A stretch of 64,000 nucleotides of DNA from Phallusia mammillata (lineage: Eukaryota), in the NCBI GenBank assembly GCA_965637545.1, contig OZ281498.1:4030001-4094000 (forward strand). The letters run 5' to 3'. A model generated the notes under the pieces. It saw only the letters and a list, made by a program, of their open reading frames with translations. It was not told the DNA's origin and did not search any database. The translations under genes and the position numbers were made by a program. Of this stretch, positions 1-11,119 are shown one piece after another (within the stretch, counting starts at the first letter, position 1; every line of letters starts with the position of its first letter).

Positions 1-1
1 C

Positions 2-1063
2 GCAGGCATTTCAATTCTGTCAACAAAAAGTGTTGACATGGTGTCTGGTTTTATTTTGGACTACATGCACTTGGGTTGCTTGGGAGTGATGCGAAGGTTA
101 TTACTGTGGTGGAAAGGAACACCACATCAATTACAAGCAAAACTGTCATCCCATGCTATTAATGTGATTAGTGCCAGTATTGTGGGAAGCAAGTCATTTA
201 TTCCACAAGAGTTTAATAGAAAGTTACGGCCACTTAAAGATGTACTGTACTGGAAAGCAATGGAATTTAGACTGTTCATGTTGTATGTGGGGCCTGTGAT
301 AATGAAAAATAGCAGTGCTTTAACACATGAAAGATACATGCATTTTCTTAAGCTTTCCTGTGCCTTCAGGTTTTTTTTAAGTCATGACTGTACAAATGCT
401 AATTTGCAAACTGCAAATGAATTGCTTCATAGCTTTGTGTATGATTGTGCTTTGCTCTATGGCAAAGATTTTGTTAGTTATAATGTACATTCTTTAATTC
501 ACTTAGTTCAGGATTATGAAAAATATGGCTGTTTGGAAAACATTTCTTGCTTTCCATTTGAAAGTTATTTGGGTTGCATAAAAGACCAAGTTAGATCTGG
601 ATTTAAACCATTACAGCAATGTTCCTGGTTTGTATATCACAAAAATGAAAACCCTGTGTTTGATTGTCCTTTGAGAAATGACAAATGTGAAGGTCAGGCT
701 TTTTTTAGTACATCTGTTTTAACAAAGTACTTTGGGGAAGAACCATTGTCATTTATGAGAAAAGTTGCCTTGCCTGATTCTGTTGTTATTAAGCGAAACA
801 CCATGTCTGACTCAACATTATTTTTTCGTGATTGTTTTTATAGTGTTGTTGCAGGTTGTAATGTTTATTTTGTTGTACATGAGTATGCAAAAGTGGAAAA
901 TTTTTTTAAAAACCCAATTTGTTCCAAAATTGTAGGGATACAAAGAATTTCTAATTTGTGTGTAGACTATCATTTATTGCCCATGTCCAAAGAGCTAAAA
1001 AAGTGCTTTGTTTTACCATATAGAGATGACTTGGTAGCTATAATATTGCTTCATATGACCTAA
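2..1063 (+). CDS. CACTA/EnSpm-type transposase, C-terminal part (5'-partial; frame open from position 2)
   Basis: Motifs LDYMHLGCLGVMRRLL, WKAMEFRLFMLYVGP, YNVHSLIHL and YGCLENISCFPFESYLG are typical of Tnp2/EnSpm transposases. There is no internal stop over about 350 codons. Confidence 0.8.
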   Translation, partial: AGISILSTKSVDMVSGFILDYMHLGCLGVMRRLLLWWKGTPHQLQAKLSSHAINVISASIVGSKSFIPQEFNRKLRPLKDVLYWKAMEFRLFMLYVGPVIMKNSSALTHERYMHFLKLSCAFRFFLSHDCTNANLQTANELLHSFVYDCALLYGKDFVSYNVHSLIHLVQDYEKYGCLENISCFPFESYLGCIKDQVRSGFKPLQQCSWFVYHKNENPVFDCPLRNDKCEGQAFFSTSVLTKYFGEEPLSFMRKVALPDSVVIKRNTMSDSTLFFRDCFYSVVAGCNVYFVVHEYAKVENFFKNPICSKIVGIQRISNLCVDYHLLPMSKELKKCFVLPYRDDLVAIILLHMT

Positions 1064-1099
1064 TGACTGTTTGGTGTTTTGCAGGCAATTGCTTCAACA

Positions 1100-2568
1100 A
1101 TGAAAAAATTTGTATGTTTAAAATTTAGTAACGGCTCAACAGACATAGTGCCACGCAGATGGATGGTTGGGTATTCTCAGTGTAAATGGCCGTTCGACTC
1201 AAATGCAGATATAAGAGCTTTAGCCAAAAGTGAAGTTGAACCTGAGGAGGACTGGAAAGAACACAGTTGTGTGATTCTTTGTGAATCGAGTATGTAGAAA
1301 TATAGTATTTGCATAAACACACTGATTGTAAATAAAAAATATCTTATTTTTTAAGATAACTATGAAAAATGTGAGGAAAAGGGTTATACTACTGCAATGC
1401 TAAGTGAGACATCAGCAGATGAGGAATTTACCCCACCTCTTGTGAAAACAGACAGCCGAAGTATTTACAAACAAGCAGCAGCTCAAAATGATAATTGCAT
1501 CAGAAAACATAAAAGGTTTTTGGACATTAAAGGCTTTACATAGTTTGCTCTAGTTAAAACTTTCATCTGTGTGTTATTAGAAAAAGTCCTGAAAAAGTTT
1601 TTCTCCAACCCAAGTATCCAAAATGTCAAAATGATGATTTACTGCATGAGATCCGAAGTGGCTATGCTTTCATAAGAAAACAATTTCATGTTTTGAATGA
1701 AAAAATTGATCGACTTTCTGATTTAAATGATTCAATGACCAGTGACTCTAGCACTTCAACTGAACCATGGAAAATACAACCTGCCTGTACAGAGGAAGAG
1801 CTGGAGGAAAATTTAAAGCAATCTTTGGTACAGTATTACTGTGTTAAGGTAATTGTCATTCAGACTAGATAATACTTTACTTTTTTTAAAACAGAATGCA
1901 AAGTTATTGGCACAACAAGTGGAGGTGAAGTGTCTCAGAGCAACTTTTCGCAACTTTTTGAAAGTATTTATGGGGAAAAACTTGGCAATGCAATATTCTT
2001 GGTCTGGTATGGGAAGTGGCCGTCAACAAGTGAAACGAGCTTTTAAAAGCCGCAAACTCTACATAATTTTTCAAGGTAATTTGGTCTGACTCATGAGTTT
2101 CTTTCTGAGTACTTATAAAATTTAATCTGATTGCATTGTTATTGACTTACAATGTAGTTTTGTCACTTGCAGTATAAAATACTGGACTGTTGTTTTTAAG
2201 TTGTGTGAATTATACAGTAATAACATTTAAAGTTATTAGATTTTGGTCATAACTGAATGTATAAATCTATTTGAAACTGTATGTCATTTTCCAGGTTTTT
2301 TTTTACCATTTTTCAGTGTACAACATTTAATGTGTCATGTTTTTAAAACAAAAATTATTTCAAATTTTGGTGTATTACTCCTATCTCAATTGCTTTTGCT
2401 ATGTCACTTTTGAAAAAAAAATACATTTTAGATGTTCTACACAACACTTCTTGCCATCAGGGGGCCAACCGTGATGAAATAGCTAACGCAATAAAACGGG
2501 TTTTCAATCAAGTGTCTGATTGGGACGGTGGGAGGCAGCAACGGATGAAGCCTGCAGAACAAGCCTAA
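1100..2568 (+). CDS. Spliced accessory ORF2 of the EnSpm element (internal exon boundaries not fully resolved)
   Basis: The first exon reads MKKFVCLKFSNGSTDIVPRRWM..CKWP. The last exon (after ag at about 2431) reads DVLH...IKRVFNQVSDWDGGRQQRMKPAEQA*. Both ends resemble the second ORF of animal CACTA elements. Confidence 0.55.
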
Positions 2569-3108
2569 AACACCTAATGGTCACCTAAAAGGAACGCCTA
2601 CTGGTTGTTTCCATTTGTGATCTTTCGTTTGAATAAAATAGAATTTCTTACCATAGCGTGGTGTTTGTCGGGTTTATTCAGATTTATGTACTTTTAGGTA
2701 ATTTCTTACATAAACCAAGTGTGGCGTTGTGAAGTGCCTTGTTAGAACAAGCTAGGTCCTTACATACAAAGCAGCACAAGGGCCATAAACGGCCGTGGTT
2801 GCATTTGAAACATATATGCCAAACATATACGTCAGGGATATCCATGGGTTTGGCATATGGCCCACGTCCTTTGACGAGGCAAAACGAACATAATTTGCAG
2901 AAGGGCCCTACATAAATTTTTGCTTGGGAAAAGTCAGTTCTTTCTGGATTTTGATATCTGCTGCCGAATTTATTTAGGAATACAACTAAAATTTCAAGTT
3001 CGGCTTCGTGTCATAGACAGCGTTCAATAAGTTAAAGCGGACAAAACAATGAAACCATCATCGCCGTCGAGGTAAACGTTACAGATCATTAAGTAAATAT
3101 CTCTAGGC

Positions 3109-3664
3109 CAGGGGTCGCCAACCCGCGGCTCCGGAGCCACATGCGGCTCTTTGATCCCTCTGATGCGGCTCAGGTCTTAAAATTACCGAACGTTTATAAC
3201 ATTTTATTGCACACTCTGTGACGATTAAGCCGAACACAAAAGTCTAAAATGAAAATTACGGTGCAATAACATGACCGTGTCCGCTTCTGGTAACTGGTGG
3301 CGCGCAGGTTAACACACAAAGTGAGATACTGTTTTGGTTTGCAGTGTATGTGCGCACGCAACAATATCTGTTTGTTGTCTCACAAGACGCGTTAAACAAG
3401 AAAATTAGCGTCTGAAGCAAACAGAACAATTTAGTACCACGTGTATAGATTCGTTTGCTTTCACTTCTGACGAGACTGGTTTACCAGTGTACCTAATATG
3501 TGAAACTAGCTAACAGTAAAAAGTCAAACGTCGTGAGATAAAAAAGGGCTTTTGCATTGGCATTTTATTTCATATTTTAAAACGGCTTTGTGGCTCCCAG
3601 TGTTTTTTTACTGTGTAAAACTGGTCCAAATGGCTCTTCGTGTGGTAAAGGTTGGCGACCCCTG
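3109..3664 (+). mobile_element. hAT (Buster/Charlie-type) non-autonomous element
   Basis: TIRs are CAGGGGTCGCCAAC / GTTGGCGACCCCTG. The 8-bp TSD is ctctaggc / ctctaggt (7/8). A degenerate relic FAFTSDETGLPVYLICE..ANSKKSNV at about 3454-3535 resembles the N-terminal zinc finger of Buster-type transposases. Confidence 0.85.
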
Positions 3665-4097
3665 CTCTAGGTGGTATGACAGTAGGCATTCAAAACATTT
3701 AAAAATGGTTACAAGTAGAACATTTATTTACGCATATATTATAATATAAAAGCAGGCAATGAAGTGTTTACCTTGGTGCAGTAAAACAGCCCAAAATATT
3801 GAGCCGAGTGGGATATACAATGACTTGACAAATATTTTGCAAAAAAACAAAAATTCCTTTTCATTTCTTGGAACGCGAGGAACATATTCTTATACATCGA
3901 GTGGCAGGAAACGTTGGAGACATCCTTAAAAAGTTGTGATTTATTGGTGTGACAGAAATTTGTCAGAAATGTTTAAAGCAAAATTGCAAACTACAATAAG
4001 GCAAGAGTTAACAGCAGTGCTGTAAAAAGGAATACAATTTGTTTTATTTACAGAGCTAATTTAGGATAAAAAAATTACTTTTCTACAAGACCGAAAG

Positions 4098-7000
4098 ATG
4101 CAAAGTGGAAAAAGGCAGGTTCTTCGAAAGTTTTTCTGGTTTTTCATTGGATACTTTTTTACGTATGGCGCATACTACTCAATTTTACTGCTGCAATCCA
4201 GTATTAACATCAAAGATGGCGTGGGTAAGAAATTATTGAGTTATATCTGAATTTCGATTTTTTGAAATGTTCAGTTTGCGTTAAAAAATATTGTCAGCCA
4301 AATATAAGAAAAAAACAACTATTAAATAAACACCAAATGACTATATAAATAAATATCTTACCGATGTTCACCATGTGGGACAGAGTTAAAAGTCGGGTCG
4401 GGTTCGGGCTTATGATTTTAATAAAAATGGGATTGATTCGGGCTGACTTCACATCCTTTGTCGGTAATAAAAAAATACCCAGCGAAGTAACCTAGTTCTT
4501 GGCTTAACCGAACGTCCAATAGTTCTGAATCGTCATGTTTAAGACATTGTCTATTATTGTCCTTTGTGTATGTCCTGTTTGTTATAGACCTGCCAGTTTT
4601 CGGGCCAACTTTCGGGCCAAACAGCCTTCTTCAACGATTCTGGTCCGGGACGGATTTTGGGCTTGTACAGCTCTTAGCATTACTGATTGTTGAACTTTTG
4701 GACTTTTAATGGATCCTATGAAAAGATCTGCTGATACTTTATTTTCGTTTTATTTTTAATGTTTTATTATTTAAGGTGTTACATCAGCTTCAGTAACATA
4801 CGGCTGCTCAGTCGTTTTCAGTATTTTTCTTGCTCCAATTCTACTTCGTGTATTGGGTGAAAGGTACTCGGCGATTGTGGGCCAAGTCACGTTCTTGATT
4901 TACATATTGGCCAATTTCTATCCAGGTAATGTACATCATCAATAGCTAAAATTTACCAAGATAGTATTTTTGTCATCGTTTGTAGCAGTTGTATTGCATA
5001 TTAAAACGCTGTGTTTCTTTTCTTTCCCTTGTATACAACACAGTATCACGCAGGACATTTTTATAAATTCATGTGCATATGGAGTAACCGCGTACGTGCG
5101 TGTGTGTGCATAGCTACGTCTAAAAGGGAGTCTTTCACTGTCCCTCACATTCTATTTTTTTCCTTTTTTTTTGAACTTATAAATTACTTGCTTACTTAAC
5201 TTATAGTGCCTTTAACTTATTTTCGTTTTTAGAACCCTATATTCTTATCCCTGCTGCGGCACTTGTGGCAGTCGGAGAGGCGACGATGTGGCCAACCTTG
5301 TTATTGTTTACTGTTCACTACGCGCGGTGTTACGCTCGACACGCCAACAAGGACACATCCGCTTACGAAACTATGTTTGTGGGAATTTACTTCAGTGGAT
5401 TTTATCTGAGTCAGGTAGGCTACAATACCGTATCCAAAAACATTTTTCGCTAAGGTTCAAACTATTTTGGGTTCTAAAACTGATTCTTTAATAGTAGGTT
5501 TTAAAAACTGCGTTATGGGATCAAAGATGAGCTATAAATCGTTTCTTTTTTTCTTTTTTTTGAGGAGGAGACAATAACCCTTGCCTCATGTTTACGACAA
5601 TAGTAAGGTAGATCGTGAAGTATAAATTGCCGCTTTTTGTTTTGCAAAAAATCGCATTGTTATTTCAGATATTTGCAAACTTGCTGTCATACGGAATTCT
5701 TTTTGGTGGCAAAAATTTGTTTGGAAATCAAAATCAATCGACAGTCGATTTTTCGCATTGTGGTGCAAATGATTGCCAAGATCCAAACGCCACAAACGAG
5801 AACATTGACATGTATGTGCCGACGTCTCAAATTACTCTTTACTTGGTTTTGGGAGTGATGGCTGGATTGCTTGTTGTGTCAATTATCGTGTATTTGACGA
5901 TGCTGAAAGATATTGATGTTTCTCTTGAAGCTGTTAATCTGGAAACCCAAACTTCAGAAGGTACTTTTCCAAATAAACAACCAATTTAATCTGAGCTTGG
6001 TTTAACGCCTAAAGCATTGCGCGAAAACTTTCTTTCAAAAATTTTGAGCGTGTTTGAGTAACAGCATATCTGTTTGTAAATGTTAATACAAACTGCATAA
6101 GCCGAGTTGCAGGTGAATTGCATTAAATTAAGTTGCGCGTGGGCTTAAAACGTTTGCAATAGACCTTAAATCTATTTCAACAAGGTTGCCGAAGGGTACG
6201 ATAAAAATGTGCAGTTTTGACTTTTTGGATTGTACTTTTAGAAGCGGCGCTAAAGAATCAAGAAACGAAACAAACCAGCGACACAAGATCAGAAAGGGAA
6301 AGAACAAATCCTAACGAAGTTCATTTCAAAACCAAGGTATACCAAATATATTTGGGTTATTCATAATATAATTGTTTCTTAGGAACACTATACACGGACT
6401 TGAAAAGTAATTTAATCATAAACATTACTGCCAAGGTGCTGGTGTATATAGAATACATCGTTCAGACGTTTCAACAATCTTTGTTGTCATCATCAGTGTA
6501 TGTAGTCAATCAAGCTGTAGAACACGGTATTTTTCCTTAGTTTTTCCTTAGTGCTTTATATACCGTGTTCTACAGCTTGATTGACAACCTACACTGATGA
6601 TGACAACAGAAATTGTTGAAACGTCTGAACGATGTATTCTATATACACCAGCACCTTGGCAGTAATGTTTATGATTAATTGTTTCTTGTTTGCAGAACGG
6701 TTTCGCCCCAGTATTGTCCAGCATCAAAGAAACATTTAGTCTCCTATTTCATCCACAACAACTTCTTTTGGCACCGTTTGCTCTGTATAGCGGAATGTAC
6801 GTAGCTTTCATAATGTCTGATATATCCAGAGCTTATGGTTCCTGTCTATTTGGGGTCCAGCAGGTGCGATTGCAGTTTTTTGACAAACATTATTTATTAT
6901 AGTGACAAACTTTTTTCTTGAAATAGATCGGACTTAATATGGCATTACATAGCGCGGCGGGTGGCATATGGTCAATGCTGGCCAGTTCGTTGTCCAGTCG

Positions 7001-7614
7001 ATATGGTCGAAGAGTGACTATTATGCTAGGTTTTGGAATCGACTTGTCATGTTGGCTGTTTCTTCTCTTTTGGCAACCATCAAGCCAAAATTTAGGTTGG
7101 ACTTATGCCATATACGTTACAACAGCCTTTGCCAGCATTACTTGGATAACAACAATCAGCGGTAAGAACCACTTATGCGATTTCGCGCTTATAGTTAACG
7201 TAAGAACACAGCAAAATTATGATATTGTTTTAGATACATACGTTGATTACTTTTCGAAAAAGCGAGACATCGCCTTTGTGGTCTGGAACTTGTGGATGAT
7301 GGTGGGAATAGCGGTGCAGTTTGGTTGGAGCACAAGTCTTTGTGTCAGAACAAAGATATATGTGCAAATTGGAATCCTGTGTTTTTCAACTTTAACCTAC
7401 GGTGAGCAACGTCGAATCGTGTTCTGTGTTTTTAGGTATTGTCGTTGCAGATTTACTAGATAAGCTTATAGGAACCAATGAACAATAAGTTTTTTTTTAC
7501 AAAAATTACCTTGTTCAAGGTCATTTTGTGTATTATAAAACCTTTTTATGACACTGGTGTTTGTACGCAGGTGTTGCCGATTACATTCAGAGGAATAAGG
7601 ACAAACATGGCTGA
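4098..7614 (+). CDS. UNC93A: UNC-93-like MFS protein, paralog A (9 exons, 486 aa)
   Basis: Exons 4098-4224, 4776-4925, 5233-5414, 5669-5960, 6242-6336, 6696-6863, 6927-7161, 7234-7401, 7571-7614 total 1461 nt, all with GT-AG introns. Motifs: LQSSINIKDGVG, GEATMWP, CGANDCQDP, SRAYGSCLFGVQQ, WNLW..VG..VQFGWSTSLCVRTK. Confidence 0.88.
4381..4675 (+). mobile_element. CAGAGTT-terminated MITE (hAT-like, CGGG-rich subterminal repeats) in intron 1 of A
   Basis: It starts cagagttaaaagtcgggtcgggttcgggc. The internal sequence is shared with 11676-13117 and 31813-32096 and with intron 1 of B and C. The right end is degenerate. Confidence 0.5.
6465..6496 (-). ncRNA. Minimal hammerhead ribozyme core (antisense arm)
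   Basis: The minus strand reads CUGAUGA-U-GACAA-caaaga-UUGUU-GAAAC-GUC. It has conserved core boxes, a 5-bp stem II and a palindromic ACGU stem III. Stem I is weak. Confidence 0.5.
6594..6625 (+). ncRNA. Minimal hammerhead ribozyme core (sense to the gene A pre-mRNA)
   Basis: CUGAUGA (6594-6600), U, GACAA-cagaaa-UUGUU, GAAAC, GUC (6623-6625). This matches the minimal dimer-type hammerheads of Penelope-like elements. Only about 2 bp of stem I is obvious. Confidence 0.55.
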
Positions 7615-8891
7615 AACGCAAGCATGGAATAGAAAATATAAACTACCGCAAAATAATACTTATACTGCGCGGTCGAAAACAGTATCTTCGAAAACTAAAA
7701 AAAAACTAATTCGACCTTTGCTGCAAAATTGCCTTTTTAACATGTTTTTGTGATCTGTGCAACAGGTTATTGTACTGAGGAAGAATATCTAAGGCAAAAC
7801 CTTTAAATGATTAAAGCGTTGAAATCATCACTCTTATATAATCCGGTTTGAAACCTCTTGCTCGGAATAATACCGTGAACTATGTACAGTGTATTACATG
7901 TTTTTAAACAGAAGTTTACAAATTGTGCATAAGCAGATGTAATGTATATCCAAATAAAAAATGTGACAGAAATCTTTTCTGGGAAATATGTCAAGTGTTT
8001 GAGGGGAAAATTTCATACATACATGCTAACGCAAATGGATTACGATATCAAGCAATTATTTTGACATAAGAATCAATTATAAACAAAAACCAGAAACATT
8101 CCACAATGTACAAACGTTGTAACGTTTTTTTAATGTTCATTATTTTTACTAAATAGCCTATGTGAATTTTGGGCTAGCCTACACTGAAATTGGCAGAGAG
8201 ATGAAATTTCCCCTATATATATATTGCTTTTATATGTGCCGACGCCCATGGGTGGATTATTACATCAGGTTAACATGTGGACAAACATTTAACGATTGGG
8301 TTCATATAGGTATGGCGTTGTTCTTTTTATGAGTCTAGCGGCTGTTCGCATAAAAAATAAGCACTTTTGCGGTTAAGGTACACAGTTTGCTAAGGTAGTT
8401 TTGTAGAGGAAACCATTTTTACAGCAAGTCACTTATCTTTGATACCACCAAAGTCATAGTTAATTATGTCACATAGTATTTAGTCTCCCAAAGGAAATTG
8501 CAACTGCAATCGAACGATATTTTCAGAAGCAGTATAATATGAAATTCCTTAAATTCCTATAGAAAAATGCAACTTGTGATGTTCTTAAGCGAATACTATT
8601 CGTTTGCCTCAATACTGAAAAAACGTAACGATTGAACAATAGTGTTCGATGAACGTACTGTGTAAATACAACATCATATAGAATGCAGCAAACCTTGCTT
8701 TGCAAATATTGGTCAAGTGTATATAATAGATATGTGTAGAAGAATGGATTTGTGCAATAGGGAATAAGGGCAAATAAACCGTATGTTTTGTTAGAATATA
8801 ATGAAATAAGGATGAACTGCCATTAGGATGGATGTTAACACATTGGTGTTCGAACAAAGGTGATAAAGAACTTTTACGTAATATTTGCAAA

Positions 8892-9263
8892 ATGGGCGAA
8901 CTTCAACAACAATCGAGCATTCAGACCTATAGAAAAACAATTGTATGGAAGTTTCTATTGTTTTCAAGTGGAACATTTCTAACTTTTGCGGCATACAGTT
9001 CTCTGGTTTACCTGCAGTCAAGCATCAACATCAAAGGAGGAGTTGTTAATTTTACTTGTGTTTGGATATTACTTTGAATTAAACTTAAAAAGTTATAATT
9101 TTGTGGGATTCAAGATGCAGCTTCCGTTATAGCGACTAACGCCACCGCAGCCGTTTTGGAATAATCTTTACCCCAGTTCTCATACCAGTTTTTGTTGCAA
9201 AGATCTTTGTGATCACCTCTCAAACAACGCATCTTTTCTTTGTGCTTGTCAACATCTACCCAG
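8892..9263 (+). pseudogene. Truncated D-type UNC93-like pseudogene (exons 1-2 only)
   Basis: Exon 1 reads MGELQQQ...LQSSINIKGGV with the donor mutated GT>TT (9046). Exon 2 (9115-9263) is 149 nt versus 150 in D, has a 1-bp deletion, and its donor is GT>GC. No downstream D-type exons follow. Confidence 0.85.
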
Positions 9264-10215
9264 GCAATGTGTAATTTTCATTAAATTCTGATCGTTAAAA
9301 TCCAGAACAAACAGTTGACTGGAATGAGGCAATTGTATTTTGTATTGCATATACTACTGTCTGCGAAATAAATATGAAAAATCTTAATTCGTTGTGTTAG
9401 TAGGTTGATACATGTTAAAAGCGCTTTTGTCCCTGCATGGTTATATTCAGTGGTGGCTCGTTCCTAAAAATACTGGGGGTGCTGCTCGCAGTTTTTTAGC
9501 CTTAAGAGTCCTGGGCTTACATTGCATAGTTTTTAGCTTAAAACATGCAGCAGTCATGTCTGAGCTGAGGCGATTTCTGGCACTCGATTTTGTGAAATAA
9601 CAACATATTAATTACCAAAACACTCTGAGTTTAGAAACAGTCAAAACGGTACCGGTAAAGGTAACAGTAAATCAGATACTGAATCATTATATCAATACAC
9701 ATGAGTGCACTAGGTTGCAAATACTGTCCTGTGGTGTGTTAAGAAACCAAATCTTGAAAGTGTCACCACTCAGGTATTTTAAAATTCTCGGTGATTCTGC
9801 AATTCGTTCTGCATTTAATATTGCCTAAATTTCAATGAGGCATTTAACTTCACATTCATAAAGCTATTTTTTCTTTGGTAGCATTCAGAACTAAAACTGA
9901 GTATTTCTTGTTGTTACTTATTCCTGAATGACATATTTGGAACAGCAGATGTTTTTTTTCCATTTTTTCTTAAAACTTTTTAATTCAATCAATTATTAAA
10001 ACGTTAGAATGTTAGATGATCTTTTTTACAAGGTGTTACATACACTTTTTAATTGAATGATAATTGCAAAAACTGAAATCTTAAAAGTCATCTTAAAAAG
10101 TCGGGATTAACCTTGGCAAAATAATTATTTAACTGTACTCACTGTCAAACTTAAGAATATAATACACGGGTTTGGTTTTGGATCTGATTGTTAATAATTT
10201 TACCTTTCTTATCAG

Positions 10216-10330
10216 CTATGTACGGCGAATACTTTCCAAACAATCAGCAAGTTACTTTTTCGGCTCTTGGTGTTTGAGCTGTTCGAATTAGTTGGAATAC
10301 AAGTCCTTTGTCGGCATTAGGATCTACTTG
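10216..10330 (+). pseudogene. Decayed UNC93-like penultimate-exon relic
   Basis: After a tcag acceptor it reads AMYGEYFPNNQQVTFS..GV*AVRISWNTS (TGA at 10275), compared with AMYGEYFPKEQKLAF..QFGWSTS in intact paralogs. Confidence 0.6.
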
Positions 10331-11119
10331 CAGCTTTTGTGCCTTTCGATGTTAAGCTACAGAAAGTTGTAATTATCCAGGACTGATAGTATCACTCAGA
10401 ATTACATATAACGTAGATTTTATGTTATTATACACAAACTATATAAAAATTAAAAAAAAACAGAGCTGCTAAAGTTCATTGTTTAAGAATTAGGACAGAA
10501 GCTTTGTTAATATATTTTAAGGGTTGTTGCACAGATTTCTATAGTAGAATGTTTAACGGTTAACTGGCTGCCCTGTCCTCGAAACAGCAAAATACTGCCG
10601 TATGATTTGACTTTTTCAGATCTGCGAACCGGGACGAGAACAGTCATCCCCCTCCACTTCCGCACCGAACAACATCGGCGATCCACGTCATCGATCTTAC
10701 GAAACGTTCGTCGCTGTCAATAACCGTCCTCGAGACACCCGGGTCTGCCTATGGGATTACAGAAAACGTTTCGAGGAACCGCGCTGGTGTTTTGTTTAGG
10801 CGGGTTTCATTTGGCCAGCAGCCAATTTCATTTTGGCCGGCAACCGACTGTACCCCGCCAGGTTCGTGCGGTCGGTTGCGATCCTGCGGCAGCACACACC
10901 CAGAATGCTCCAAGCACCATTCAAATAACGGGACACTTGACTCGATAACCAATGGGTTTTTTTCGGTGTTCTTGCTGTTTTTAAGAAACTGTTTATCAAT
11001 GACAATTGGATAAAGTGACAATACAAATAAAATTTGGACAAAAAGTTTGTGAGATTTTTTTTTAATTGGAATTTGCTTAGATGTTTCAAGCTACATGTTT
11101 CTTCTTTTGCGGAAACCTT

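Larger units (their letters stand above)
1..2928 (+). mobile_element. 3' portion of a CACTA/EnSpm (CMC superfamily) DNA transposon, running off the window start
   Basis: It contains a transposase ORF and a second spliced ORF. GGCC/CATATG-rich subterminal motifs lie at 2770-2910, and the element ends in TTTTTGCTTGGG (2917-2928), like the CCC...GGG termini of animal EnSpm elements. The left end and TSD are outside the window. Confidence 0.7.
6381..6675. mobile_element. Penelope-like (PLE) fragment in inverted-repeat form, inserted in intron 5 of A
   Basis: Arms of about 118 bp (6413-6530 / 6560-6677) are near-perfect inverted repeats. A 12-bp TSD taattgtttctt lies at 6369-6380 and 6676-6687. 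The orthologous intron in B and C is only about 55 nt. Confidence 0.65.
3860..9387 (+). repeat. Segmental duplication unit 1 (A-type gene, 3' flank, and D-type promoter with exons 1-2)
   Basis: Collinear similarity, seen by eye, to 13381-21290 (inverted) and 25230-30950 across exons, introns and flanks. Boundaries are approximate. Confidence 0.8.

Noticed and set aside
8590-8604. Palindrome CGAATA-C-TATTCG retained upstream of all three D-type starts (also near 16845 and 30036)
   Set aside because: It lies in duplicated blocks that look about as similar as the adjacent pseudo-exons, so retention alone does not show constraint.
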